Origin: Octopus bimaculoides
Taxonomy: Eukaryota
Assembly: GCF_001194135.2 (NCBI RefSeq)
Contig: NC_068992.1
Span: 64,629,592-64,666,788 of the forward strand
Reading direction: 5' to 3'
DNA: 37,197 bases
Part shown: in pieces, positions 1-11,995 of the stretch
How positions within the stretch are numbered: the stretch's first letter is position 1
Layout: each line of letters opens with the position of its first letter
Notes under the pieces: model-generated
The model's input: the letters and a program-made list of their open reading frames with translations, nothing else
Told to the model about the DNA's origin: nothing
Database searches by the model: none
Translations under genes and position numbers: made by a program

Positions 1-161
1 GAATGTAATTTATGATTTGATCACCCTTTTGAGTTTGATAATGTCTTCGACGTTATCAGCATTTGACAAAGAATTATTTTCAAAGAATTGTTTTCAAAAG
101 TTTCGGTAACGTGTCAAGGTTGAATTCTGAAGAAAAGCTAAAAACATTTGCACTTTTATCC

Positions 162-207
<46 letters not shown>

Positions 208-689
208 CTCTCGCTCGCTCTCTCTTTACCTGCTAGAAATAACAGTCAAATTTCTCTCAAGCTGTAATCTACTGCATTTAAGTAAAGGTCGAGGGTTACA
301 CTGGATGGTGTAGTCCACGGTACACTTTTGCCATATTTTTAAGACACTATATTAGGGTTCGAAATACCGGTACCAGCAGCAGCAGCTCAACCCCCATCAC
401 CGCCGTCACTGCCAGTAACACCACAACACTGCTACCAACACAACCACCACCACCACCACCTTACTACTACTACTACTACTTACCGCCAAATGAGGGACAC
501 TTCTGAACGTGAACACTAAACCTGCCAGTAATAGCAGCCATCAAATCTTCCTCTGCTGCCTCTGAAAAACACAAGGAATTACATAGAGTAATCTGAGAAG
601 AGATGGTTGGGGGACGTCATGTTTGGATTGCCTTTCATCATAGGTGGTTTCTGGATTAGGGATGCCCCGGAGCTAAACAACTATAAACA

Positions 690-842
690 TCTCTCTCTCT
701 CTCTCTCTTTCTTTCTCTCTCTCTCTCTTTCTTTCTCTCTCTCTCTCTCTTCCTCTTTCTTTGTTTCTCTCTCTCTCTTTTTCTCTTTTTCTTTCTTTCT
801 CCCTCTCTCTGCCTTTCCCTGTCTGTGTCACTCTCTCTCTTC

Positions 843-874
<32 letters not shown>

Positions 875-875
875 A
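690..875. repeat. (CT)n-rich microsatellite upstream of the KLHL10 acceptor
   Basis: Seen directly; also (CT)n at about 166-222. Confidence 0.9.
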
Positions 876-907
876 CCCTAGCCAAAACACTATGTTTTCT
901 TTTACAG

Positions 908-1077
908 GTGTTACATCAGTGTGGTGGTGCTACATTCCTTTATATATGCCATGGGCGGCTACGATGGCCAAGTACGTCAGAACACGGCTGAACGCTACAA
1001 CAAAAGCAAAAATCAATGGAGCTTCATTCAACCGATGCATCACCAACGCAGTGATGCCAGCGCTACAGTTCTCTACG
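908..1077 (+). CDS. KLHL10: KLHL10-like Kelch protein, internal exon (5' exons lie upstream of the window)
   Basis: tttacag acceptor and G|gtaaat donor. Translates (R)CYISVVVLHSFIYAMGGYDGQVRQNTAERYNKSKNQWSFIQPMHHQRSDASATVLY(G), closely matching the KLHL10 Kelch repeats as recalled (RCYVSV...FIYAMGGFDG...NTAERY...NQW...PMHEQRSDASATTLYG). Confidence 0.9.
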
Positions 1078-1704
1078 GTAAATAGTTTATAGACGTTCTT
1101 CCATACATACTCAAGATACTGTAGATCGTCGGCTGTCGTCTGCCATGCAGCAAGAATGGTGGTTGTACATGTGTGAGCAAATCAAAATTAATTTGCTCTT
1201 TTTATTAAGACTTGGGATTAAAATTAGGGTGCTGTGGAATTTATCTGTGAGATAGAAAAGCAGCTTATTGATCCGTTTTTAAATGTCTGCGTCTTAGCTA
1301 ACAATTACCACGAAATTTTGGTGGTCATTCTGTGTCTTTCGATTACCAAATGTGTTTTGAAAGAGCTGTTTTTTATCTTTTTTCTTTTACAAGTGGCAAT
1401 GGCGATATGAATAGGTGTGTTGTTGAAGGCAATTCTGTAGGTTTCATGTGGATTGTTGATGTATTGCCTGCGGAGACATCAGCATAGTAAGCAATATTTC
1501 TAATCAAGATATTTGCTTTTTAGACGGAATTTCAGTATATTTCGGCAATTGCTTGTCGTATCCTTTCCTTCTACGTCTTTTCTTCAACAGTTTTGAGACT
1601 TAATGGCACTAGCGTTTTTATGCCGCTCCCCTTAGCGTTTTTTCTTCTTTTTTAATGAAGACCTTGTGAAATTTATGACTGCCTGAGAAAGATTAAGATT
1701 ATCC

Positions 1705-1743
<39 letters not shown>

Positions 1744-2182
1744 TGCAGCACGGAATTTTGTCAGTGAACAGGTCGCGGTCTCAAAGCGACGAAAATATTT
1801 TGGCAAATTAAATTTAAATGTTGAAGTGAATCTAACGGGTTTCGTGTGTTTTTAAATGGCTTATAAACACCTTCCACACTGCAATTGTTTTTTGGTTTCA
1901 GCCGGTGGTAAACTAGCGAGAGAACCTCTACAAGGTCTCTCGACCGGCTAGAAATAGGAGGCAAATCTCCCTCCAAAATAATGCCTTTGTTAATGTCTTG
2001 AAGGAGAAAAAGCAAAAAGAAACACTAGAATGATAACATTTGGAAAGTTTTTGTTCAGAGTTGTCTAGGGGTTAAACAACAACAACAACCGGACCACGAT
2101 GTAAAAAATGACACACTTAACATATTAATGGAGAGGGACATGGTTTGAAAGTTGATGGAAGACGAGAATAATGATAATAAAC

Positions 2183-2419
2183 GAGATAGATAGATAGATA
2201 GATAGAAAATGGATGGATGCATGGATGGATGCATGGATGGATGGATCGATCGATCGATGGACGGATAGACAGACGGACGGACGGACTGACAGACGGATGG
2301 ACTGACAGACGGATGGACGGGCAGACGGACGGTTGGATGGATGGATAGAGGGAGGAAGGGAGGGAGGGAGGGAGGGAGGGAAGGACAGATGGACATACAG
2401 ACAGACACACACGGACAGA
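2183..2419. repeat. compound tetranucleotide microsatellite (GATA/GGAT/GACG/GGGA) abutting gap
   Basis: Seen directly. Confidence 0.9.
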
Positions 2420-2758
2420 NNNNNNNNNNNNNNNNNNNNNNNNNNNNNNNNNNNNNNNNNNNNNNNNNNNNNNNNNNNNNNNNNNNNNNNNNNNNNNNNN
2501 NNNNNNNNNNNNNNNNNNNNNNNNNNNNNNNNNNNNNNNNNNNNNNNNNNNNNNNNNNNNNNNNNNNNNNNNNNNNNNNNNNNNNNNNNNNNNNNNNNNN
2601 NNNNNNNNNNNNNNNNNNNNNNNNNNNNNNNNNNNNNNNNNNNNNNNNNNNNNNNNNNNNNNNNNNNNNNNNNNNNNNNNNNNNNNNNNNNNNNNNNNNN
2701 NNNNNNNNNNNNNNNNNNNNNNNNNNNNNNNNNNNNNNNNNNNNNNNNNNNNNNNNNN
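2420..2758. other. assembly gap (others at 12531-12892, 31029-31675, 32438-32447, 32646-32742)
   Basis: N runs. Confidence 1.
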
Positions 2759-2818
2759 ACGAATAGCTGGGAAAATGTCTCCGAAATGGACACGCCGAGA
2801 AGTAATTTTGCAATCGAG
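2759..2818 (+). CDS. KLHL10: KLHL10-like exon, only 3' end visible (5' part in N gap 2420-2758)
   Basis: TNSWENVSEMDTPRSNFAIE followed by a gtagga donor; matches the Kelch W...M..PRSNFGIE motif; phase 0 joins the 8755 exon. Confidence 0.85.
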
Positions 2819-4392
2819 GTAGGAACCATTAACTTTTATACATCGTGGTCCCTGTTTCCCCTCTCCTTCCCCGAACTTTGAATAACCAATTATCTATCTG
2901 CCTATTTATTCTAATAACCTCTCTACCTATCTTTCTGACAATCCTTCTTTCGTTTTAACCTAACTTACTCTTTCTGTGTCTGTCAATCCGTCTGTCTCTG
3001 TCTCTCTGCCTGTCTGCCTGTCTGCCTGTCTGTCTGTCTGATGTAGAGATTTCTCGTGTGAGAATATATGTATGGTAACCATAAAAATCAGTAAAAAGCA
3101 GGCCTACAGTGAAACTAGGATAGTATCCAGATTACTTCTACTGTGTCTGTTTAGACAAGTAGTATATTGAGTTACAGAATTTCGAAACAAACTTGTCGAA
3201 GTGACAAGACATCTGCCAAAAATTCTGACCTTCTAAAACACGCACCAACACGGATCCCGCTCCATGATCCAATGTGTGATTTCTGAAATCCAACCAACAG
3301 TCCACTAAAGAGTTGTCCTTAAACTGACTGATGATCCCCGAAAAAATACACCGGTTAGCCAGCAAATAAGGCCAGGGCAAGGTTTGCATAACACTTGCGC
3401 TCCTTCAGGTGCAGGGACAGGGAAACCCCACCTCCCTGACATGCTTCGTCTGGAAACCCCACGACCAAAGAAACGATTTCTGTAATGTTACATGAAGCAT
3501 CCATGACAGCATCCCCCCTTACTCACCCTACGCTCGTAAATGCTGACTATGCCTTCCCGAGAAACTGTATATACTACAACATCCTGCAGAAGCCGTCAAG
3601 AGGAAAACCAGTTTATCGTATCGCTGCCATCAAAGAAACGCTCTGTTAATGAACAATTGATTGCTACTACCCCAGAAAGACAACCTTGACTTTTGTAGGC
3701 CCTTGTGCACTTGCAAGGTAGACAACACCTGTTCATTCGTTAAGAGATTATTCTCCTTCCACTAACCACCACTGCTGCGAACAACTAGTTACAAATGCAT
3801 CGAATACAGTTCCGCACATCACACAAAGAACCGCGTACAGCAGGGCCACATTTTCATCTGTTCTCGCAAAAATATTACTAATAGCTAACCTCATACTGCA
3901 AGACTAGTTACCTCACTATGCAGAACAGTGACAGCAGGCTCTCATTCCAATTTAATGTCGCTAAATTGTCAAATTCCACAAGTGGTAGACTTACTGCCGC
4001 CGCTAGAATATCCCTTGTACCACATACGTGGAACAATAAGTAAGAAAATTTGTTGCCGTTGTATTGTCAACTTCAACTCGTGAAATTTCGAGCCAATGGA
4101 GGTTTCCAATTATTCTTACTTCGAAGTTATATTTATTTCTTCTCCACTCTAAGCTTAAGCGTCCGATGAACTCAACATCCACGAAACTTCGAGTAATGTG
4201 CAGCTTATTCTCCTTGTTAATAAACACATTTCACTTCCACTGTGTGTTGAGTGTCTCTTCATTACTTTATATTTTTACTCATAGGTGTTATAGGTGTGTT
4301 TATGTTTAGATATATATATACAAAAATACTCATATACAATATACACACACCTGCACGCAAACCCGCCCATACGTCCACATGCATGCATGCGT

Positions 4393-4636
4393 GTATGTAT
4401 GTATGTATGTATGTATGTATGTATGTATGTATGTATGTATGTATGTATTATGTATATATGTATGAGAATGAGGGAAACTTGGTCTGCAATATCTACAGTC
4501 GTGTATATTTATCAAAGCTTGGACTCATTAATCACTAGCAGAGCCACAAGTAGAAAGCATATATTTGTCCGAATGCGCCACATACTTAACAGTCAGTGAT
4601 GGTCTCCCTAAGTTGCTAGTAGATACCTTGTGTGTA

Positions 4637-4669
<33 letters not shown>

Positions 4670-4872
4670 CTGTGTGTGTGTGTGTGTGTCTGTGTCTGTG
4701 TCTGTGTCTGTGTGTGTATGTATGTATGTATGTATGTATGTGTAAATATTTATCCGAATTCCTAATCAAAACTTTTTCTATAATAAATATGACTGTTATT
4801 TTGTCCTACCATTGAGTCGTCCCCATCAGTAAATTCCAAAAACTTCTTTAAAATAACAACTTAAAGTTAACT

Positions 4873-4932
<60 letters not shown>
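4393..4932. repeat. microsatellite cluster (ATGT)n, (GT)n, (CA)n
   Basis: Seen directly at 4393-4447, 4629-4742 and 4874-4932. Confidence 0.9.
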
Positions 4933-7005
4933 ATGAAATAAAGCTCGTTAATACTTCTATGTAGAGTCAAACTCATGTATAACCAGTGATACTCACGGCG
5001 TACATTCACAGCTTGACTAAATATGTCTGTAGTCAACATACTGTTCACGATTTCTTTAAACATATGTAAGTATTTGTGCATTTCTATCTCTGTATAAACT
5101 TATGTATAAATGTATGTTTATGTACATATTATATATTGATTAAACTAATTACTATTCTATAATTTTAAGTTTTATGCCAGGAAAACAATCTTCATGTGTT
5201 CTCTTCATCTATAACAATAAACACGAAATTCTGTCCGTCCGTCCGGGACCCCTGTATCTCAGTTTACATTTGCTCTCCATAGAGACATATAACTTTTTGG
5301 AATCAGTATGATCCCGGGGTTGAAAAGCTGCCCTTTATTTGGTTCTTGAACATCCAGCATTGGGATCAGTTCTGGATGAGGACTGTTATATGCTTACAGT
5401 TGAAAATTCAAATTTTAAAAGGACTCCAAAAATTTGTGAACTTACAAGTTTTTCATTTAAGCTGAATTAATAGTAATACCATATTTGGTAGTGTGCCAAT
5501 GAATACTTTATTATTATTGCGCTCTGTAGTGTTGGGCTGTAGGCTCAATTAGCCCTCCACAGGAGCTAGCTTAAAAGTTCGCACGGAGTGTGGCTTTTAA
5601 GCTAGTATGATATATAATAATGAGTGAAAGAGAATGTTTTCATAAATACCAAGTGAAATCAAGACGGTAAATATCTATTAGTACAATAATAAGTGGATTC
5701 ATCGATAGAAAACAGTTGTTGTATCTTGGAAGAGCATATTGTAATCATCCAATATGCTGTAAAACCTTCTGTTGATGCTGCAATTTACTATAATTGCATC
5801 AAGTTTTTCTTTGCGGTTTTTTTCTTTTTCTTTTTGTGGCACTTGCAGAAAATCTCAGATCTTATATTCAAATAGTTCGTAGGATGATTTTAATTAATTT
5901 GAATATGATATTTTTCCGATATGCAAAAGTAGCAATATCTGAAACTGATCATATTTGGCTTAAAGTAATCTATAATTAGTTACTTAATGTTAAAATTATC
6001 TATACTGCTGCCTTTTAATTTTCATGCATAATTTGATAATGTTGTAGTTATTCTATTATTTTCAATCCAGAATAAAAAATTTAAAAAAAAACAAAAAAAA
6101 AACGTAAAAGACATTCAATGAGTAGTTACTCTCTGTAAAGCCAGAGAAGTGTTTGACCATAAATACTTCAGTGGAGGCTAGCTCTGTAAATGACTGATTT
6201 AGTTTTGCAGTAGCTATCACATGAGCATGACGCTATAGTTCAACATTTAGACGTTGCCTTATCTTTCCTTGTTTATTGAGATTTAGAGGTATAAGTACTT
6301 CCCCTTTTCGCTGTGTAGCTGTAACCCACCTTATTATTACAGTTAGACAATCTTCTGAATCAGTAGTCGATTCCAAAATGCTTAATGAATACTAAAACTT
6401 ATGTAATTGAATTAGATTTCGCATTCAACGGAAAACGATGTTAAGTCAAGCTATATAAAACGCGCTTTCTGTTATACTCAAAAAGCAGTAGAATAGCAGT
6501 GAATTTTAAATATCATATTAAAATTAATATTTGCTCTGTCTCACGAATAAATGCTCTTTAATTTATCCGTCATACTATTTTGTTTATATAATGATATAAT
6601 GTTTATCTAATCATATAATGATATTTCTGAACAAACTGACTCCAAAAAGGCTGCTGTTGGTCTGCATTGGCAAAACTTATACAGTACAATGATCTTGCCT
6701 TGGGGAATAGAAAATCTGACGTCTCGAACAGATTTCTTCTTCGGGGAAAAGTTGAAAGGAGAGAAATGTGTGTGTGTGTGTGTGTGTGTGCATGTAGATA
6801 CAATAAAATCAGAAATCAGATAGCTCTTGTTCACACTTTAACAGGAGATATTTTAAAATCATAACATAAGGATTGTTACATGTTTTTTTTTAAAGGTAAA
6901 ATGTACATCATCTCGCTTATTTTTTTTTTAATCTTCAGCAAAAAACAATGGCATTGCTTTCTTAGTTTTTATATATTCTAAAATATTTCACGCAAACTAT
7001 TACAC

Positions 7006-7065
<60 letters not shown>

Positions 7066-7348
7066 CATCGAATACCTTACGTGGAGTCATATGCTTTTTA
7101 TTGAAGTTGCAAAACCTTCACAAAGCTGTAAAGAGTTTCACGTTCCCGTTCGTCGGACGGTTGTGATGAATGCTGAAATAAAATTGTGATGGTACATTTA
7201 ATAAATGTAATTATTTAAGTTTTGGGTATGTACCTAGTGGTTAGCCAATGAAGCGCATTCGCCGCTGATGGCTACTTGACATCATCCACGGCATTTGAAC
7301 AATTGTTACTGGATCTATTTCAGGAATTTCTCAGTATTCGTTGAGTAA

Positions 7349-7726
7349 ATAACAAATGATAGAGATGGAGAATGGAATATACGAGAAACCCGTGTAGAAT
7401 GTTATGACACGATCTCAGAGCAATGGTAAGTTCCATACAAACCAAGGAGGCCATTCTTTATTGCTCGCAACGATAGTTTCGACACATCCTGCATCGATCC
7501 GACGTGGGTGGGGTACAGCCCGGCGGCTTAAACCTACCGTTACTAACTGTATTAACACCGTGCGAAACAGGGTTTATTTAACGAGATACCCCTTATAACA
7601 TCACTTGACGAGGTACTTCTGCATTAAGGGATGCACTACAACCAGTTGTACAGTATTTCACCCGTGAGGGATCGCTGCAGCATGGGTTTCTCGTTTATTC
7701 TATTTTCCTTCCCTACCATTTGTTAT
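7349..7726. mobile_element. non-autonomous TIR element carrying a KLHL10 exon/intron fragment
   Basis: Inverted arms 7349-7394 and 7681-7726 match at 39/46; internal 7389-7459 matches 8810-8880 at 66/71. Confidence 0.7.
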
Positions 7727-8024
7727 ATATAAAAGAAATATTATATTATATTATATATAAATAGAAATTGTTTGATGAAATTGTATTTAACAATAAGAAA
7801 ATTCTAATATCACAACAAATCGTTTCGTAACTTAAAAACATGTAAGTAATTTATATTATTTAGTAATAAATAAATTACTCTCATGTCTGCAAAAAATCTT
7901 TATCCTATATATTCCATGTGTTATGTAGAATGATACGTATATAAGGAAGTTTTTTTTTAGTATTACCGGATTACTTGAATCCATATAAATTTATATATAT
8001 ATATACATATATAGATATATTCAT

Positions 8025-8063
<39 letters not shown>

Positions 8064-8187
8064 CATACATATACATGCATAAATATATGTGTATACACAC
8101 ACAGATATACATACATACATATATAAGCACACATACGTAAATATAAACATATATATATATATATATATATATACTCACACACACACA

Positions 8188-8481
8188 CAGCTTGTTCGTG
8201 AAATTAACGTGCAAGTGGCTGAGCACTCCACAGACACGTGTACCCTTAACGTAATTCTCGGGGAGATTCAGTTTGGCACAGAATGTGACAAAGCTGGCCT
8301 TTTGAAATACAGGTACAAGAGAAACAGGAAGAAAGAGTGAGAGAAAGTTGTGGCGAAAGAGTACAGCAGGGTTCACCACCACCCCCTGCCAGAGCTTCGT
8401 GTTTTCGCTCAATAAACACTCACAACACCCGGTCTGGGAATCGAAACCGCCATCCTAACCACTGAGCCATCGCGCCTCCAC
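8188..8481 (-). mobile_element. tRNA-derived SINE
   Basis: - strand head gtggaggcgcgatggctcagtggttagg...ggtttcgattcccagaccggg has A/B-box-like motifs; microsatellite flanks. Confidence 0.7.
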
Positions 8482-8754
8482 ATATATATACATATATATA
8501 TATATATAAATATATGTATGTGTGCGCGCGTGCGTGCGTGTGTGTGTGTGTGCGTGTGTATGTACATACATGCATACAGTCGCAATATTTTAAAAAATAT
8601 TTTCTTAAAAGCCATTAACTCTTTAAAAAAATGTCTTAGAAAAACAGAATGACAAATTTTTTGAAACAAAATTTTCATATTGTGTGTAAGCGCTTTCATT
8701 GATCAATGTTTCAAACACACATATTATATACATGAATATATATAATTTCTGCAG

Positions 8755-8846
8755 GTTTTGGAAGGCATGATATTTGCCATAGGTGGATTTGATGGTTTCA
8801 ACACCATTTCCCGTGTAGAATGTTTTGACACTGTCTCAGAGCAATG
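8755..8846 (+). CDS. KLHL10: KLHL10-like exon
   Basis: ttctgcag acceptor, VLEGMIFAIGGFDGFNTISRVECFDTVSEQ(W), TG|gtaagt donor (phase 2). Confidence 0.92.
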
Positions 8847-9214
8847 GTAAGTTCCATACAAACCGAGGAGACCATTCTTTCCTTTTATACATGCTATCAA
8901 AATTCCTTCTGTATTATTTTTTCCATTATAAATAAATGTTTTCTAACCCCATCCATCACCAACCTTTTAAGAGCCAGGCAAGATACAATTGTGTCTTCTA
9001 TCATATCTAAGCAACAACGGAAATGGGACAAAAATATCAACAAACATCAGTGCTTATTGCAAGAAGTCAACGGATGTTCTTTTGTTACTCTCATCAGTGA
9101 GGCAATGAATGACACCGCTTGTATGACAGTGACACTCATCCACAACTATCATGTAATGTCAAGACCTCCCCCCCCCCACACACACACATATAAGCAACAT
9201 ATACAAATATATGT

Positions 9215-9355
9215 CTACCAAACCCACTCACAAGGGTTTTGTTGGTCCAGGGTCATTGAGGAAAATACTTGCCTAAGGTACCATGCAGTTGGACTGAACC
9301 TTAAACCATGTGGTTAGGAAGCAAGCTTCTTAACCACACAGTCACTTCTGCACCT
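9215..9355 (-). mobile_element. SINE family A, 5' fragment
   Basis: Reverse-complement similarity to the head of 9403-9815. Confidence 0.65.
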
Positions 9356-9402
9356 GAATTTGAATGGATATTTTAAAAGTCTTTGAATTCAAATCTTGGT
9401 TA

Positions 9403-9815
9403 GTACAGGTGTGGTTGTGTAGTAAGAAGCTTGCTTCCCAACAACATGGTTCCGGGTTCAGTCCCACTACATAGCATCTTGGGCAAGAGTCTTCTGCTAT
9501 TGCCTTGGGCTGACCAAAGCCTTGTGAGTGGATATGGTAGATGGAAACTGAATGAAGCCCGTCGTATATGTGTGTGTGTGTATCTTTGTGTTTGTGTATC
9601 TTTGTGTTTGTGTTTGTCACCCCCGTCACTGCTTGACAACCGGTGTTGGTGTGTTTATGTTCCCATAACTTTGCGGTTCGGCGAAACAGACCGATAGACT
9701 AAGAACAAACCTTAAAATCTAAGGCCTGGGGTTGATTTGTTCAAAACCCTTCAAGGTGGTGTTCCAGCATGACCACAGTCAAATGACTGGAACAAATAAA
9801 AGAACCAAAGAATAA
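9403..9815 (+). mobile_element. SINE family A, near full length (octopus tRNA-derived SINE type)
   Basis: tRNA-like head (gtggttgtgtagtaagaagcttgc...ggttccgggttcagtccc), cttgggcaag core, internal (GT)n, tail atgactggaacaaataaaaga; many copies in the window. Confidence 0.8.
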
Positions 9816-9894
9816 ATGCAGAAATGACGCCTGCTGGCCCTCGGGGATCAAGTCAATCAAAAACAAAAGACACATGTAAATATATATATTTCAG

Positions 9895-10076
9895 AATTTT
9901 GGCACAAGGCCAGCAATTTCGGGGGGGGGGGATAAGTGAATTACATTGACCCCCACTCTTCAACTGGTATTTATTTTATCAACTCCTAAAGGATGAAAGG
10001 CAAAGAACATAAAGTGAAAAGAAATACTGCTAAACATTTAGTCTGATGTGTTAACGATTCAGTCACCTTGCCGCTT
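9895..10076 (-). mobile_element. SINE family B, degenerate
   Basis: ggcacaaggcc...gacccc...aaaggatgaaaggcaaag; similar to 24226-24435. Confidence 0.7.
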
Positions 10077-10519
10077 CGTAATAGATAAAAATGTCTCTAA
10101 AGATAGGACTAATAATCTAGAAAAATTACAATTTCAATATTTCATTTTTGTATTTGGTTTGCAAGATTTCTGATGCGAATTTAAGTGTTGAAACATATTT
10201 TGTTGTATCTTGGGAGGATCATTTGGCCAATAATAAGTTTGGCCAATGCACTGGTTCTATTTAACTTCTTTATTATTTTTTAATTACAACTAGTTAACTA
10301 ATCGATTGTTTGATTAATCATTTAAGCAATGATTCAACTAGATTTGTCAAGATCCATTTATTGCCAGGAGTAGCGAGGGGATGATGACGTGAATGACAAT
10401 GAAATGACCCTAACAAACCGAGCTGATTGTTTGACCTCAATGATTGATGAAATAATCAAATAGATGATCTGTTAAATGGTTAACTAGTTAGTTAATAATA
10501 ATGGCTTCAAATTTACTCA

Positions 10520-10722
10520 TGTCACAAGGCCAGCAATTTTGTGGGGAAGGGTAAATCTATAACATCGACCTACAGGGCTTATTTGGTAATTTATTTTTTC
10601 GACCCTGAAAGAATGATGGTAAAGTCGACCTTGGCAGGATTTGAACTCAGAATGTAAAGAACTAGAAGATGCAGCTAAACATTTTGTCTCATGCACTAAC
10701 AATTCCGCCAGCTCCCCACCTT
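10520..10722 (-). mobile_element. SINE family B
   Basis: Reverse-complement similarity to 24226-24435 (gaaaggcaaagtcgacc, gatttgaactcagaa). Confidence 0.75.
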
Positions 10723-10726
10723 CAAT

Positions 10727-10730
<4 letters not shown>

Positions 10731-10794
<64 letters not shown>

Positions 10795-11008
10795 AAGAAG
10801 AAGAATCCTTTCTAATAGAGGCACAAGGCCTGGAATTTTGTGGGGAGGAGACTAGTCGATTGCGTCGACCCCAGTGTTTTATTTATCGACCCTGAAATAA
10901 TGAAAGGCAAAGTCAACCTTGGTGGAATTTGAACTCAGAATATAGTGACACACAAAATACCGCTAAACATTTCAACCAACGAGCTAACGACTCTGCCAGC
11001 TCGCCACC

Positions 11009-11078
<70 letters not shown>
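10731..11078. repeat. (AAT)n/(AAG)n microsatellites between SINE-B copies
   Basis: Seen directly at 10731-10805 and 11010-11078. Confidence 0.9.
10808..11010 (-). mobile_element. SINE family B
   Basis: Same motifs; flanked by (AAT)n(AAG)n and (AAT)n. Confidence 0.75.
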
Positions 11079-11079
11079 G

Positions 11080-11205
11080 TTTCAAATTCTGGCACAAGGC
11101 CAGAAATTTCAAGGAAGGGGGTAAATCGAATACAATGACCCCAGTATTCAACTGGTACTTATTTTATCGACCCTGGGAGATGAAAAGCAAAGGCAACCTT
11201 GGCAG
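11080..11205 (-). mobile_element. SINE family B, 3' fragment
   Basis: ggcacaaggcc...gaccccagtattcaactggtacttattttatcgacc. Confidence 0.7.
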
Positions 11206-11370
11206 AATACTATTACAACTACTAATAATAATAATAACAGTGAAACAGAACCAGCGTTTGTGTTTTTATTGGTATAATGACCCTCCCAAGATACAACAAA
11301 ATACAACTGCAATCATTTCATGTTACCTACGCCTGTATTTTTACTGATTTATTATTTTTTATTTCACAAG

Positions 11371-11548
11371 GTACAAAACTGCCAGTCTGAACATCAATCG
11401 GAGTGCCCTTAGCGCATGTGTCATCGAGGGTCTCCCCAATGTCAAACCGTATATTAGCGAGAGGAACAGGAAAGAAGGTGGTGTAGGCAGCAATTCAAAA
11501 CCAAATTTCTTACATCCAGAAAGCAACCGTTACTCTCTTACATATTAA
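11371..11548 (+). CDS. KLHL10: KLHL10-like terminal coding exon
   Basis: tttcacaag acceptor; G completes TGG (W), then YKTASLNINRSALSACVIEGLPNVKPYISERNRKEGGVGSNSKPNFLHPESNRYSLTY-TAA. RSALSAC..GLPNV..Y matches the KLHL10 end of the Kelch domain. Confidence 0.9.
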
Positions 11549-11711
11549 GAAAAAGGAAAAAGAAACAAAACAATTTGGGACTGACATACAAAATTCTACT
11601 GATACAAGGAACAGCAGACAGACAAAAGTACATTAATGATGATAATGATAACGATGATGATGACTATGATAATAATTATAATAATGATAATAAAAATAAT
11701 GATAGAGAAAA

Positions 11712-11717
11712 AATAAA
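11712..11717 (+). promoter_or_regulatory. candidate polyadenylation signal for KLHL10-like gene
   Basis: AATAAA about 165 nt after the stop; the region is AT-rich, so it could be chance. Confidence 0.3.
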
Positions 11718-11995
11718 GAAACAATTTTGATAACAATATGTTTTCTTTATGCAATTTTATTCTGAGTAAATATATTTGACCAAAGCAGTAAAAAATGAAT
11801 AGAAAAAAAAGAGTTTGTCAATGAAGTTATGCAGGAAGATTTTATAAAAGATTAATAGAGTTAGCGGTTGGAATAACCGTCTAAGGAATGAGAACATCCA
11901 TTTTACTACCGGTATAAACTACCTCTGTTAACCCTGGGCATACATATGCAAGCATACTATGCTCATAGGATACAGGTAATATCAGGAATCAAATT

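Noticed and set aside
607-1092. 161-aa ORF, and the many other ORFs rich in SL/CV/YI/TH repeats
   Set aside because: Translations of (CT)n, (GT)n and (TA)n microsatellites; the true coding frame at 908-1077 is different.
2055-2881. Long ORFs spanning N runs (also 12345-13004 and 30910-31894)
   Set aside because: Artefacts of stop-free N gaps; only the 2759-2818 exon end and the RTE frame are real.
5229-5640. Possible Helentron/DINE-like element (ctgtccgtccgtccg start)
   Set aside because: No sub-terminal inverted repeat or 3' hairpin could be identified with confidence.
7349-7425. Mutually exclusive alternative KLHL10 exon
   Set aside because: Similarity covers only the last 12 codons. The upstream frame hits TAA at 7346-7348, there is no suitable acceptor, and the 5' part is a TIR arm.
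8440-8481. tRNA gene
   Set aside because: A tRNA-like SINE head with an incomplete cloverleaf, continuous with the SINE body; the same applies to the other SINE heads.
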